The position numbers were made by a program, and so were the translations under genes. Source: Bacteroidota bacterium (GTDB lineage Bacteria; Bacteroidota; Bacteroidia; AKYH767-A; JAHEYN01). Taken from it: 64,000 nt of DNA. This document shows, in pieces, positions 37,692 to 48,081 of the stretch. Every line of letters starts with the position of its first letter. Within the stretch, counting starts at the first letter, position 1. Under the pieces are notes generated by a model. That model worked only from the letters and a program-made list of their open reading frames with translations, was not told where the DNA came from and searched no databases. The stretch lies in the NCBI GenBank assembly GCA_023251555.1, contig JAHEYN010000017.1, positions 2,693 through 66,692 of the forward strand. The letters run 5' to 3'.

Positions 37692-40259
37692 ATGGCAGAA
37701 GGCGAAAGAATTATCCCCATTAACATTGAAGAGGAAATGAAGACCGCTTACATTGATTACTCAATGTCGGTAATTGTGTCACGTGCGCTCCCTGATGTCA
37801 GAGATGGCCTGAAGCCTGTGCACCGCAGGGTGTTGTTTGGAATGCTGGATCTGGGCGTGCTTTCAAACAGGCCATATAAAAAATCTGCAAGAATAGTGGG
37901 CGAGGTGCTTGGAAAGTACCATCCCCACGGGGATAGTTCTGTATATGATACCATGGTCAGGATGGCCCAGACGTGGTCATTGCGTTATCCCCTTGTTGAC
38001 GGGCAGGGCAACTTCGGATCTGTTGACGGCGATAGTCCTGCAGCGATGCGTTACACGGAAGCGCGCCTGAAAAAAATCGCAGAAGAACTCCTTGCAGACA
38101 TTGATAAAAACACAGTTGATTTCAGGTTAAACTTCGATGATTCTCTTCAGGAACCAACAGTGCTTCCTGCAAAAATTCCCAATCTCCTTATAAACGGAGC
38201 TGCGGGTATTGCGGTGGGAATGGCAACCAATATGCCTCCGCACAACCTGACAGAAGTAGTGAACGCCACTATCGCTTTTATTGAAAATAAGGAGATCAGC
38301 ATAGAGGAACTGATGAAATACATCAAAGCACCTGATTTTCCAACAGGAGGAATTATATATGGAGTGGAAGGAGTCCGTGAAGCCTTTTTAACCGGCAGGG
38401 GGAGAGTCGTTATCCGTGCAAAAACAAACTTCGAGGAAACAGAACATGGAAGGGAAAGAATAATAGTTTCCGAAATCCCATACCAGATCAATAAAGCGGA
38501 ACTCATCAAGAAAACAGCAGATCTTGTCAATGATAAGAAAATAGAAGGCATTTCCGATATCCGGGATGAATCGGGGCGCGATGGAATGCGGATTGTTTAT
38601 GAGCTGAAAAAAGATGCCATCCCCAATGTGGTTCTGAACAGCCTGTTCAAATACACAGAACTGCAGACATCCTTCAGTGTGAACAACATAGCGCTCGTTC
38701 ATGGCAGGCCGATGAAGCTTAACCTGAAAGATCTTATATCTCATTATGTTGATCACAGGCATGAGGTAATTATCCGCAGGACACAGTTTGATCTTGCGGA
38801 AGCGGAGAAAAGAGCGCATATACTTGAGGGGCTTTTGATTGCCCTTGATCATCTCGATGAGGTAATAGCTCTCATAAGGGCATCCAAAACCGTTGAGGAT
38901 GCCAAAACCGGGCTCATGACATCCTTCCAGCTCAGCGAGATACAGGCCAAGGCAATCCTCGATCTTCGCCTGCAAAAGCTCACCGGGCTCGAAAGGGAAA
39001 AAATCAAAGAAGAGTATGCAGACCTCATGCGGCTGATTGAATACCTGAAGGATGTTCTTGCCGATGAGTCGCTCCGTATGGAAATAATCAAGGATGAGCT
39101 TTCTGAAATCCGCGAAAAATACGGTGATGAAAGGAGAACCAGTATCGAATATTCCGCAAAGGACATCTCCATAGAAGACATGATACCCGACGAAGACGTG
39201 GTGATAACCATATCCCATATGGGATATATTAAACGCACCGCTCTTGCAGAGTACCGCACTCAGAACAGGGGTGGGCGGGGAGCAAAGGGAAGCGCAACGA
39301 GGGACGAGGATTTTGTAGAACATCTTTTTGTAGCATCCACTCACAATTACATGTTGTTCTTCACTGAAAAAGGAAAATGCCTATGGCTAAAGGTTTATGA
39401 GATTCCGGAGGGAACCAAAACTTCTAAGGGAAGGGCTATTCAGAATCTTATCAGGATTGAGCCTGGCGACAAGGTTAAGGCCTTTATCAATGTGCAGAAC
39501 CTTACGGATGAAAACTACCTTAATAACAACTTTATCATTCTCTGTACAAAGCAGGGGACGATCAAGAAAACTTCTCTCGAAGCCTACTCAAGACCAAGAC
39601 AGGGTGGTATTAATGCAATTACCATTCATGAAGGAGACCAGCTTCTTGAGGCCCGGCTCACAGACGGCAACTCTGAAATTCTTATGGCACTGCGATCGGG
39701 AAGAGCCATCAGGTTTAATGAAAAAACTGTACGCCCCATGGGAAGAAATGCTGCAGGGGTAAGGGGAGTCCGCCTCGCACATGAAAAAGATGAGGTAATA
39801 GGCATGGTTTGTGTTAAAGACACCAAGGAGACCCTGATGGTAGTCTCAGAAAAAGGATACGGCAAACGCTCAGACCTTGAGGATTATCGTGTTACAAACC
39901 GCGGGGGCAAGGGTGTGAAAACAATCAGCATCACTGATAAAACAGGGAACCTTATCGCAATTAAATCTGTAACAGATAATGATGACCTTATGATCATTAA
40001 CAAATCCGGGATTATAATCCGTTTGTCTGTTAAAAACATACGTGTAATGGGAAGGGCCACCCAGGGAGTAAGGCTTATCCGCCTTGATGAGAGCGACGAG
40101 ATTGCTTCTGTTGCCAAAGTGGATATGGATGAAGAGAATGTTCCGGTAACAGGAGGAGAAGATATTTCCGCCATTTTGCCGGAAGCAGAAAGTAATGGAA
40201 CAGGCAGCGCAGAAGATATACAAAACTCTCCGGAGACAGATGAAACCAATCCTGAATGA
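37692..40259 (+). CDS. gyrA: DNA gyrase subunit A
   Basis: Active-site [10 protein letters not shown]; GyrA-box region; acidic C-terminal tail; ATG at 37692 gives the canonical [17 protein letters not shown]-terminus. Confidence 0.9.
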   Translation: MAEGERIIPINIEEEMKTAYIDYSMSVIVSRALPDVRDGLKPVHRRVLFGMLDLGVLSNRPYKKSARIVGEVLGKYHPHGDSSVYDTMVRMAQTWSLRYPLVDGQGNFGSVDGDSPAAMRYTEARLKKIAEELLADIDKNTVDFRLNFDDSLQEPTVLPAKIPNLLINGAAGIAVGMATNMPPHNLTEVVNATIAFIENKEISIEELMKYIKAPDFPTGGIIYGVEGVREAFLTGRGRVVIRAKTNFEETEHGRERIIVSEIPYQINKAELIKKTADLVNDKKIEGISDIRDESGRDGMRIVYELKKDAIPNVVLNSLFKYTELQTSFSVNNIALVHGRPMKLNLKDLISHYVDHRHEVIIRRTQFDLAEAEKRAHILEGLLIALDHLDEVIALIRASKTVEDAKTGLMTSFQLSEIQAKAILDLRLQKLTGLEREKIKEEYADLMRLIEYLKDVLADESLRMEIIKDELSEIREKYGDERRTSIEYSAKDISIEDMIPDEDVVITISHMGYIKRTALAEYRTQNRGGRGAKGSATRDEDFVEHLFVASTHNYMLFFTEKGKCLWLKVYEIPEGTKTSKGRAIQNLIRIEPGDKVKAFINVQNLTDENYLNNNFIILCTKQGTIKKTSLEAYSRPRQGGINAITIHEGDQLLEARLTDGNSEILMALRSGRAIRFNEKTVRPMGRNAAGVRGVRLAHEKDEVIGMVCVKDTKETLMVVSEKGYGKRSDLEDYRVTNRGGKGVKTISITDKTGNLIAIKSVTDNDDLMIINKSGIIIRLSVKNIRVMGRATQGVRLIRLDESDEIASVAKVDMDEENVPVTGGEDISAILPEAESNGTGSAEDIQNSPETDETNPE

Positions 40260-41448
40260 AAAATCAAGCATCGTGAAAAAGATTAGTTCTTTGGCATTTT
40301 TTCTTTTCACCTCGGCAGTTTTTTCTGTCCACGGACAAAAGGTAAAGGTGCAATCAGCATACAACCATTTAAAATACGGAGATCTCGATCTTGCAAAAGG
40401 GGCGATAGATGAAGCTGTAACTAATGATCAAACAAAGGAAATGGCTAAGGCCTGGTACTACAGGGGCCTAATCTATCAGGCACTCTATAAGGATCCCAAA
40501 TTCGGAAGTCTTGATGCAAATCCTCCTTCAAGGGCATTTGCATCGTATTTAAAAGCCCTTGAAATAGAGCCTAAGGGAGAGTTTGCTGACGATATCAACT
40601 CCAGGCTGCCGGTAATAGCTTTTTATAAGGGCATTGAGGAGTATAAAGCAAAGAATTATACAGATGCATTCGTCTCATTCGAGTTTGTAACGAACCGCAA
40701 CCCGGGAGATACGCTTGCCGTGCTCTATGCTGCGTATTCAGCAGATTATTCAGGCCAGTTCGAAAAATCCCTCCAGTATTACAGCAGGCTTATCAGTATG
40801 AACTATACCGATCCGGAGCCGGAGAAAACGAACATATATCTTGAGCTTTCTACCATCTATAAAAAAGAAATTAAGGATACTACCAAAGCGCTGGAATACG
40901 TTTTAATGGGAAGAAAAAAATTCCCGGAAGCCGTTAATCTTATTAAAGAGGAAGCCAATATCTATATGCAAACGGGAAGACCTTCGGAAGCTATTGACCG
41001 TCTGGAAATTGCGCTTGAAAAAAATCCGGGCGACTATAATCTCCAGCTGGTAATGGCAAGCCTGCTTGACGGAATGTGGAATACAGCATATAAAAAGAAA
41101 GATCCGGCTGCCAATGAGTATTTTATCAAAGCTGATGCAGCTTACAAGAAAGTTATCCAGATGAAATCCGACTTTTTTGAAGCTTATTATAATCTCGGAG
41201 CAATGATTTTTAATCAGGGAGCGGACATGGCCAATGCGGCAAATGAAGCAAAATCGGATAAGGAGTACCAGGCTGCAAAGGCAAAAGCTGATGAAAAATT
41301 AAAACAATCATTACCGTTTCTTGAAAAAGCCTACGAGCTGAATCCGACAGACAGGAACACATTGATTTCCCTGAAGCAGCTTTATATACGGTTAGGGGAA
41401 ACAGAAAAGTACAATAGGGTAAAAGCTATCCTGGATAATTTGAAGTAA
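40240..41448 (+). CDS. Secreted TPR-like repeat protein
   Basis: Signal peptide [33 protein letters not shown] from the ATG at 40240 (overlaps the gyrA end by 20 bp); TPR-like helical repeats. Confidence 0.55.
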   Translation: MKPILNEKSSIVKKISSLAFFLFTSAVFSVHGQKVKVQSAYNHLKYGDLDLAKGAIDEAVTNDQTKEMAKAWYYRGLIYQALYKDPKFGSLDANPPSRAFASYLKALEIEPKGEFADDINSRLPVIAFYKGIEEYKAKNYTDAFVSFEFVTNRNPGDTLAVLYAAYSADYSGQFEKSLQYYSRLISMNYTDPEPEKTNIYLELSTIYKKEIKDTTKALEYVLMGRKKFPEAVNLIKEEANIYMQTGRPSEAIDRLEIALEKNPGDYNLQLVMASLLDGMWNTAYKKKDPAANEYFIKADAAYKKVIQMKSDFFEAYYNLGAMIFNQGADMANAANEAKSDKEYQAAKAKADEKLKQSLPFLEKAYELNPTDRNTLISLKQLYIRLGETEKYNRVKAILDNLK

Positions 41449-41544
41449 AGCTCCTGAATCCACCTTTAGAGGTGGGTTTATTTTAGGAAGTTATATTTAA
41501 CATAATATTTATTATAAGACACAATAGGTTGGAAATAAATCAAA

Positions 41545-42546
41545 CTATGGATTCCTGTAAAGAACACCATTGTCTTCCCGCAATAACTTAAACGGTTCGT
41601 TTTTAATCAACATAAAACCATCAAGGTCAACAATTCCGGCCAATGAAGCCAGGCTGAATCCTGACAAAATTCCAAGCGTAGTTTCCACCATGCAGCCGAC
41701 CATGGTTTTCATCCCGCATGCTGATGCAGTCTTCAGAATTTCAATTCCACGGAAATAGCTTCCTGCCTTCATAAGTTTCATGTTAACTCCATGGAAACAC
41801 TCCGTTATTAAATCAAGATCAAAGTCTCCGGATAAAGATTCATCCGCCATTAAAGGGATTGGTGTTTGTTTTTTCAGGTACCTGTATTCCTCCGTAAAGC
41901 CATCCGGCATTGGCTGCTCCAGGAAAATAAGATTTCTGTTTCTGAATTTCTCAATACTCCGGCAAAGATTTTCCACATCTTTCCATGATTCATTGGCATC
42001 TATTATAATCTCCTGATGCCCGGTATATTTTTCCAACTCCCGAAGCATTTCGGTTGCATTCTCCTGATTTACTTTCAGCTTGACTGTCCTGAATCTTGAA
42101 AGCCCGTACTCCCTGTAAAAATCTGCTATTGCAGAGGGATCCATTACTGGAAGCGTATATACAGTATGGCAGTTAATGGTTTCCGGGATATTCATATAAC
42201 GGTGAAAAGGTTTTCCGGAAGATTCACACAAAAAATCAATGTATGCGGATTCAATTCCAAAACGCAGGGCTGAAGGCAGTTTAAAGCTATCCAGCAGGCT
42301 GATAAAATCAGTTATTTCTTTAATTTCTCGATTACTGAATGAGGTAAATTTTTCAAAATCAAGAAGGAAATCAGAAGGTGTTTCGCCATATCTTATATTG
42401 GGTGCAGCCTCTCCTTTCCCTTCATGCTTTCCGTCAGAAACTTTTATTATCAGATTTTCCTTGAAATCAGTTTCATTTCTCGAAAGCTTCCATGTGTATT
42501 TCAGGTCCAGACGTATCTTTTCTATTTGCCATATCAGATTTCTCAT
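41545..42546 (-). CDS. Enolase-superfamily dipeptide epimerase (L-Ala-D/L-Glu epimerase, YcjG-like)
   Basis: 333 aa; KxK (VKLKV), IIDANESW, LEQP, ADES, KLMK residues of the MR/MLE subgroup. Confidence 0.7.
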   Translation of the reverse strand: MRNLIWQIEKIRLDLKYTWKLSRNETDFKENLIIKVSDGKHEGKGEAAPNIRYGETPSDFLLDFEKFTSFSNREIKEITDFISLLDSFKLPSALRFGIESAYIDFLCESSGKPFHRYMNIPETINCHTVYTLPVMDPSAIADFYREYGLSRFRTVKLKVNQENATEMLRELEKYTGHQEIIIDANESWKDVENLCRSIEKFRNRNLIFLEQPMPDGFTEEYRYLKKQTPIPLMADESLSGDFDLDLITECFHGVNMKLMKAGSYFRGIEILKTASACGMKTMVGCMVETTLGILSGFSLASLAGIVDLDGFMLIKNEPFKLLREDNGVLYRNP

Positions 42547-42547
42547 A

Positions 42548-44503
42548 TCAGTTTGTAAAATAAATATCGTCCATCATGAGGGAATCTGCAGGGATACTGT
42601 CGGCCGGGAGAATATATTGTTTGGCTTTCCCCCTGATCTCCACGTTAGGCCTCAGTTGTTCGTATTCCATATCAGTGATAATCATTTTTCTCAGGAGAAT
42701 TCCGGAAAGAAGTTTGTAATATCCTTCGAGGTATCCCTGTAAGTTCCCTTTTTCATCGAATGAATACCTGAAAAGTTTGGGGCTTGGGATGATACTGGCA
42801 AGGAATATGCTTTCCGCGAGGTTCAGCTCAGAAGGTTTCTTCCTGAAATAAAAACGTGAAGCCTGCCCGATCCCATATACCCCAGGTCCCCATTCTATGA
42901 TATTGAGATACACTTCGAACATTCTTTCTTTGCTTACGAGGCGGTTGTTTTCAATCAGCCACACTATCAGGGCTTCTTCGAGTTTCCTGCCTATTGTCTT
43001 GTTACGGCTAAGGAAAATATTTTTCACCAGCTGCATGCTGATTGTGCTTCCTCCTCTTGCAAAGCGACCAGCTTTTATATTGGCTGCTATTGACTTCCCG
43101 AACATCTCCTGGTTAAACCCATGGTGAAAATAAAAATCCCCGTCTTCTGATGTGAGCACTGAGTTTTTAAGAAATTCAGAAATTTCGTTCAGGGGGTAAA
43201 AAGAAGGGTTGGGCTGCCCCACCATGAATACCTGCACAGGCGCACCATGTTCATAGGCAGTATACTCAAATGCCTGATTAAGCTTTCCGAAGTTTCCTCT
43301 CCCCGTGTTTTTGAGTTTAAAGTTTTCTCCATTAAGGGCTGATTCAAAACGAAGACTGTCCGGCATTTCAAGGTTAAGATAAAAATCAAGCCTGTAATCA
43401 AGCCGGCCATCCGCATCAACACCCTCTATATTTTTAAAGAGTCCCATGGGAAGGGATATGAAAAAATCCCGTGCATTCATTTTTTCCATGCTTATTTTTA
43501 AAGCAAAAATCTTTTCCTGCGAGAGCTTGTAAAAAATATAGGGGTGGAATTTTATACTGTTCATGGAAAACAGGGATGTGCTGTCTATTTCAAAAAAGTT
43601 TTCAGCAACAGAAAGCCTGAAATCTGCTCCTGTTTTCCTGATGACAACATCATTTCCCGCTACTTTAGGATGATTGAGGACAAGATTATCTACTCCCGCC
43701 TTACCATTGATATGCATTTTGCCACCTGAAAAATCTTTGAAATCAAGTTCCATATGAAGGGAATCAAAAGCAGCTGCGGCATTCCATTTCATATCAACGT
43801 AGGGTATCACAACTTTTTGATTTTTTCCGGCATAAAGTCTGGCGTTCAGGTATTTATTTTTCGCATCCACTATCCCATCGACGAAGAACTCCCTGTTTTT
43901 TCCGGCTGAGTTTACAATCATCTTCATGCTGAACCTTCCGTTTTCAACAGACAAATCCGGGAGGTTGCACTTAAGATTCCTGCCCGGAGCGGATAATTCG
44001 AAATTCAGGTTTCTGATTTCAATCCTTTGGGGGAACATCTCAGTGAACCGCTCAGAGAGATTATGAAGGGACTCCGAATAGCCCGATGAAGATGGCGCAG
44101 TTGTTTTCTTTTCAGCGGACGTTCTCTTCCATAAAAAAGTATAGTTGTCGGAGGCCGTTTTTCTGACGGGTGTAACAGTGACATCCGAGATTTGAAATTC
44201 CTTTATTATTTTCTTTCCTGCGAGGAGGTTCCATAAATCGGGAGTCAAGAAAATCTCAGATACCCGAACCAGGGTATCTCCATTCTCCGGAACCATGCTG
44301 ATCCCCGATAAATGTATTGTAGCCAGCCCGCTTATGAATACACCGGAAATAAATGTATGGGTCCTGTAGCGGGAATCAAACTGCCCGACCGCTTTATAGA
44401 TTTCCCTCTCTATGATTTTTTTCCTGAGAAAAAAAAAAGAACCTGCGAGAAGCAGGAGTATCAGTAACGAAAACACTCCGGCTTTTCCTGCAAGTTTAGC
44501 CAT
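42548..44503 (-). CDS. Membrane-anchored protein with unknown ~440-aa periplasmic N-domain and C-terminal GT51 peptidoglycan glycosyltransferase (transglycosylase) domain
   Basis: 651 aa; N-terminal TM FSLLILLLLAGSFFF; C-terminus EDGDFYFHHGFN, GGSTISMQLVKN, RKLEEALIVWLIE, EVYLNIIEWGPGVYGIGQASRFYF match GT51 motifs I-V. Confidence 0.65.
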   Translation of the reverse strand: MAKLAGKAGVFSLLILLLLAGSFFFLRKKIIEREIYKAVGQFDSRYRTHTFISGVFISGLATIHLSGISMVPENGDTLVRVSEIFLTPDLWNLLAGKKIIKEFQISDVTVTPVRKTASDNYTFLWKRTSAEKKTTAPSSSGYSESLHNLSERFTEMFPQRIEIRNLNFELSAPGRNLKCNLPDLSVENGRFSMKMIVNSAGKNREFFVDGIVDAKNKYLNARLYAGKNQKVVIPYVDMKWNAAAAFDSLHMELDFKDFSGGKMHINGKAGVDNLVLNHPKVAGNDVVIRKTGADFRLSVAENFFEIDSTSLFSMNSIKFHPYIFYKLSQEKIFALKISMEKMNARDFFISLPMGLFKNIEGVDADGRLDYRLDFYLNLEMPDSLRFESALNGENFKLKNTGRGNFGKLNQAFEYTAYEHGAPVQVFMVGQPNPSFYPLNEISEFLKNSVLTSEDGDFYFHHGFNQEMFGKSIAANIKAGRFARGGSTISMQLVKNIFLSRNKTIGRKLEEALIVWLIENNRLVSKERMFEVYLNIIEWGPGVYGIGQASRFYFRKKPSELNLAESIFLASIIPSPKLFRYSFDEKGNLQGYLEGYYKLLSGILLRKMIITDMEYEQLRPNVEIRGKAKQYILPADSIPADSLMMDDIYFTN

Positions 44504-44515
44504 GTAGTTATTGCT

Positions 44516-45271
44516 TTAGAAGCCGCCCGGGAAAGAGGATTGTGCAATATCAACCATTCCGTATCCCTGGTTATTGAGTATCCCGATGCCGCATTCCCAT
44601 ATAAACTTATGTACATCCGGGTGAGCATGCAGCGAAAAAGGAACCAGATAGCCCCTCATTGATAGTCCCTGGGTATTATGGTATATGCGGGCATACTTCT
44701 TTCCCGTGATATTAAGTTTGTGTACATACTCCTGGTCGGCGGTAGCTTCAAAAACAGCATAAGAATCAAGCTGGGCACTGGTATAACCTGCCTTTTCCAT
44801 ATTTTCCATTACGCTCTGGTAAAGGAGATCGGAGAACTCATGGGAAAGAACATCTATTTCCGGATTACTTTCCTCTTCTCCTTCCCTGGGCGGATGCAGG
44901 ACAATGGGTGCAATGCAAACATATTTCATTTTGGTTTTGAACTCAGGGTCGTGGATAATTTCAAATGTTTTGGGATGAAGGCGGAGGTCGCCCACCATCA
45001 TTCCCTGCTGTTCGAAAATCCTGCGCACAACGGATTCAATAAACTGCTTGTCGCGGCAAGCAAGGGCCAGAGTGACTTTAGAGGACAGGAAACGAATGTA
45101 TCCGCTGTTTATTCTGGACGTTCCTTTCAGAGAAGAGAACGTATAAAATTTTTCATTAAAGCCGAGTCCACGGACTATTTCTTCAATGGAGGATGCAATC
45201 AGGTGCTGGTGGTGTAAAGGAATCGGGGCATCCATATTCCTGTTCTTCAAAAAAGAAATCTTATAACGCAT
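44516..45271 (-). CDS. Cas6-like RAMP endoribonuclease homolog (orphan; no CRISPR array in window)
   Basis: 251 aa; N-terminus MRYKISFLKNRNMDAPIPLHHQHLIASSIEEIV resembles the Cas6 N-terminus; C-terminal glycine-rich loop GIGILNNQGYG (G-h-G-x5-G-h-G) 13 aa from the end. Confidence 0.45.
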   Translation of the reverse strand: MRYKISFLKNRNMDAPIPLHHQHLIASSIEEIVRGLGFNEKFYTFSSLKGTSRINSGYIRFLSSKVTLALACRDKQFIESVVRRIFEQQGMMVGDLRLHPKTFEIIHDPEFKTKMKYVCIAPIVLHPPREGEEESNPEIDVLSHEFSDLLYQSVMENMEKAGYTSAQLDSYAVFEATADQEYVHKLNITGKKYARIYHNTQGLSMRGYLVPFSLHAHPDVHKFIWECGIGILNNQGYGMVDIAQSSFPGGF

Positions 45272-45306
45272 AACAAAATATAAATTAGGAGTTGGTAAAT
45301 ATACTA

Positions 45307-46404
45307 CTAAACATTAAATTTAAAATGCATGATATCGCCGTCTTCAACTGTATATTCTTTCCCTTCTACCGACAACTTCCCTGCTTCCCTGCACCCGAAT
45401 TCGGATTCAAATTTAATAAAATCATTATATTTCATTACTTCGGCTTTAATGAAGCCTTTTTCAAAGTCAGAATGAATTACACCTGCAGCCTGTGGAGCCC
45501 TCATCCCCGAACGGATAGTCCAGGCTCTCACCTCTTTCTCCCCCACCGTAAAATAGGTAGAAAGACTAAGGAGGCGGTAAGCGGCCTTTATCAGCTTCGA
45601 AATGCCGGACTCGTTCAGGCCTATATCTGCAAGAAAAACCTGCCTTTCCTCAAAGGTGTCCAGTTGCGCAATTTCAGCTTCAATGGCAGCAGCAATCACA
45701 AGCACTTCTGCGCTTTCATTTTTCACACCCTCCCGGACCGCTTCAACATAGCGGTTTCCTGACGGAAGCGACTTTTCATCCACATTGCAGACATATATAA
45801 CGGGCTTATCCGTGAGGAGGAAAATATCTTGTACATGTTCTTTTTCTTCTTCGCTTACTTTCACTGTCCTAGCCGACCGGCCCTCTTCCAGAGCGTTTTT
45901 ATACATTACCAGCACGTCCATTCCTTTCTTTGCATCCTTATCACCGGATTTAGACATCCTTTCTATGCGCTGTATCTTTTTTGTGATACTTTCCAGATCC
46001 TTTAGCTGCAACTCTGTATCTATTATTTCTTTATCCCTCACCGGATTTACAGCACCCTCAACGTGGACAATATTTGGATCGTCAAAGCAGCGCAGCACAT
46101 GAATTATGGCATCAGTTTCCCTGATATGTGCAAGAAACTGGTTCCCAAGGCCTTCCCCCTTACTGGCTCCCTTTACCAGACCCGCAATGTCAACGATCTC
46201 AATTGTAGTGGGTACGACCTTTTGCGGGCGGGCAAGTTTTTCAAGAACAAAAAGGCGTTCATCGGGAACAGTGATTACCCCTACATTCGGCTCAATCGTA
46301 CAGAAGGGAAAATTTGCAGCCTGTGCTTTTGCGTTCGACAGGCAGTTGAATAAGGTAGACTTTCCCACGTTGGGCAAGCCGACAATACCGCATTTAAGGC
46401 TCAT
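45307..46404 (-). CDS. ychF: Ribosome-binding ATPase YchF (Obg-family GTPase)
   Basis: GIVGLPNVGKSTLFN G1 motif; TGS C-terminal domain; ATG at 46404 (MSLKCGIVG...), whereas the ORF track extends to 46428. Confidence 0.85.
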   Translation of the reverse strand: MSLKCGIVGLPNVGKSTLFNCLSNAKAQAANFPFCTIEPNVGVITVPDERLFVLEKLARPQKVVPTTIEIVDIAGLVKGASKGEGLGNQFLAHIRETDAIIHVLRCFDDPNIVHVEGAVNPVRDKEIIDTELQLKDLESITKKIQRIERMSKSGDKDAKKGMDVLVMYKNALEEGRSARTVKVSEEEKEHVQDIFLLTDKPVIYVCNVDEKSLPSGNRYVEAVREGVKNESAEVLVIAAAIEAEIAQLDTFEERQVFLADIGLNESGISKLIKAAYRLLSLSTYFTVGEKEVRAWTIRSGMRAPQAAGVIHSDFEKGFIKAEVMKYNDFIKFESEFGCREAGKLSVEGKEYTVEDGDIMHFKFNV

Positions 46405-46508
46405 AAGATAAATACAAATGGGGTGCAAATATAATATAATAGAGAGATAATTATTGCCTTTGGATAGTGCCGGGGCTTATTTATCTTTGCCTGCACAAGA
46501 TTATTTAA

Positions 46509-47423
46509 ATGGGTGATTTCCAGGACATAAGCTACGGCCTTCACAAGGAACATTTTAATGACTTCAGCGAGGAGCGGAAGAAGATCATGGAGACATGGTT
46601 CAGGGATGACTCTGCAGACAGCTGGAGAACCATGCGAATGTATGATTCCGTTAAGCCGCTTATCGAAGCTTTTCCATCTTCAAAATGGCTCACAGTGGGA
46701 GACGGGAGATTCGGGCTTGATTCCATACGGCTGAAAAAGATGGGCGTTCAGGATGTACTCCCTACGGACATTTCCCCATACCTTCTTGAGAAAGCAAAGC
46801 AACAGGGGCTTATCAGCAGCTTCAGCATTGAAAATGCAGAGAAGTTAAGTTTCGGAGACGGTAGTTTCGACTTTTCTTTCTGCAAAGACTCTTACCATCA
46901 TTTTCCCCGGCCATATATGGCGTTATATGAAATGCTGCGTGTCGCAAAGAAGGCGGTAATACTTACAGAACCCCATGACTGGTTTCCACGTCCGTATGGA
47001 AAGCGATTACTTGTTTTTTCGAAAAATATCCTGAAGAAACTACTTGGCAAAAAGATTCACCATAACGATCAGTGGAATTTTGAGGACAGCGGAAACTATG
47101 TTTATTCCGTTTCAAAAAGAGAAATGGAAAAAACAGCACTCGGGTTGCAGCTTCCTGCAATAGGCATAAGCTACTTTAACGACTATTATGAAAAGGGGCT
47201 TGAGTTTGAGAAGCGGGACGGCACTTCCGTCAAATACAGGAAAATGAAGAGAAAGATTCTGATTTCTGACATTAAATGCAAACTCGGACTTGCAAGTCCG
47301 ACATACATTACAGCCATTATTTTCAAGGAAAATCCGGAAAAAAAATTAAGGGATGCCCTGAATGCACAGGGTATGCAGGTATTTGATATTCCTGCCAACC
47401 CTTATCTTGAGAAAAAAAACTGA
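46509..47423 (+). CDS. Class I SAM-dependent methyltransferase
   Basis: 304 aa; motif I LTVGDGRFG, acidic post-I DVLPTD, motif II DGSFDF. Confidence 0.6.
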   Translation: MGDFQDISYGLHKEHFNDFSEERKKIMETWFRDDSADSWRTMRMYDSVKPLIEAFPSSKWLTVGDGRFGLDSIRLKKMGVQDVLPTDISPYLLEKAKQQGLISSFSIENAEKLSFGDGSFDFSFCKDSYHHFPRPYMALYEMLRVAKKAVILTEPHDWFPRPYGKRLLVFSKNILKKLLGKKIHHNDQWNFEDSGNYVYSVSKREMEKTALGLQLPAIGISYFNDYYEKGLEFEKRDGTSVKYRKMKRKILISDIKCKLGLASPTYITAIIFKENPEKKLRDALNAQGMQVFDIPANPYLEKKN

Positions 47424-47429
47424 GTCTTC

Positions 47430-47990
47430 TTATTTCACCCTCTCAACGTAAGCCGAGGTACGGGTGTCTATACGTATTTTTTCGCCCTGGTTTACAAACA
47501 AGGGTACGTTCACTGTGGCACCGGTTTCAAGTTTGGCAGGTTTCAGGGTATTGGTGGCAGTATCTCCTTTTACACCAGGTTCCGTGTATGTTATTTCCAG
47601 ATCCACAAAGGTTGGACCCTCCGCAATGATAGGCGCCTCCCCTTCAAAAGCTACTTTTACTTCCATTCCTTCTTTCAGGAATTTAAGCCCCTCACCAATG
47701 AGTCCCTGAGGAACATGGAACTGTTCGAAAGTGGAATTATCCATACATACAAGATTTTCGTTCTCGTTATATATGTACTGAAGTTCCTTGTAGTCGAGAT
47801 GTGCAATTTCAACATCCTCCCCTGCCCTGAAGCGGTATTCCACGAGGCGTCCTGTGCGAAGGTTGCGCATTTTAGCCTGGTAAAAAGCCCGGAGGTTGCC
47901 GGGGGTGCGGTGCTGATACTCAATTATTGAACAGAGCTCTCCGTTAAAGCGGATTACTGTTCCGACTCTTACATCTCCTGTGTTTGCCAT
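47430..47990 (-). CDS. efp: Elongation factor P
   Basis: 186 aa; three OB/KOW-like domains; C-terminal ...AYVERVK. Confidence 0.85.
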   Translation of the reverse strand: MANTGDVRVGTVIRFNGELCSIIEYQHRTPGNLRAFYQAKMRNLRTGRLVEYRFRAGEDVEIAHLDYKELQYIYNENENLVCMDNSTFEQFHVPQGLIGEGLKFLKEGMEVKVAFEGEAPIIAEGPTFVDLEITYTEPGVKGDTATNTLKPAKLETGATVNVPLFVNQGEKIRIDTRTSAYVERVK

Positions 47991-48081
47991 AGCTTACGTT
48001 TTTTTTAAGGACTTCGAATGTAAGGGATTTTTTCAAAAGATAAAAAGCGAAATGTGCATTGATTCAGATACCCCGCAGGAA

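Noticed and set aside
38388-39344. 318-aa antisense ORF inside gyrA, and similar long antisense ORFs in clpC (35183-35818, 36365-37072), the T9SS cargo gene and the helicase (22207-22917)
   Set aside because: They sit entirely within strongly supported genes on the opposite strand and have no motifs; shadow ORFs.
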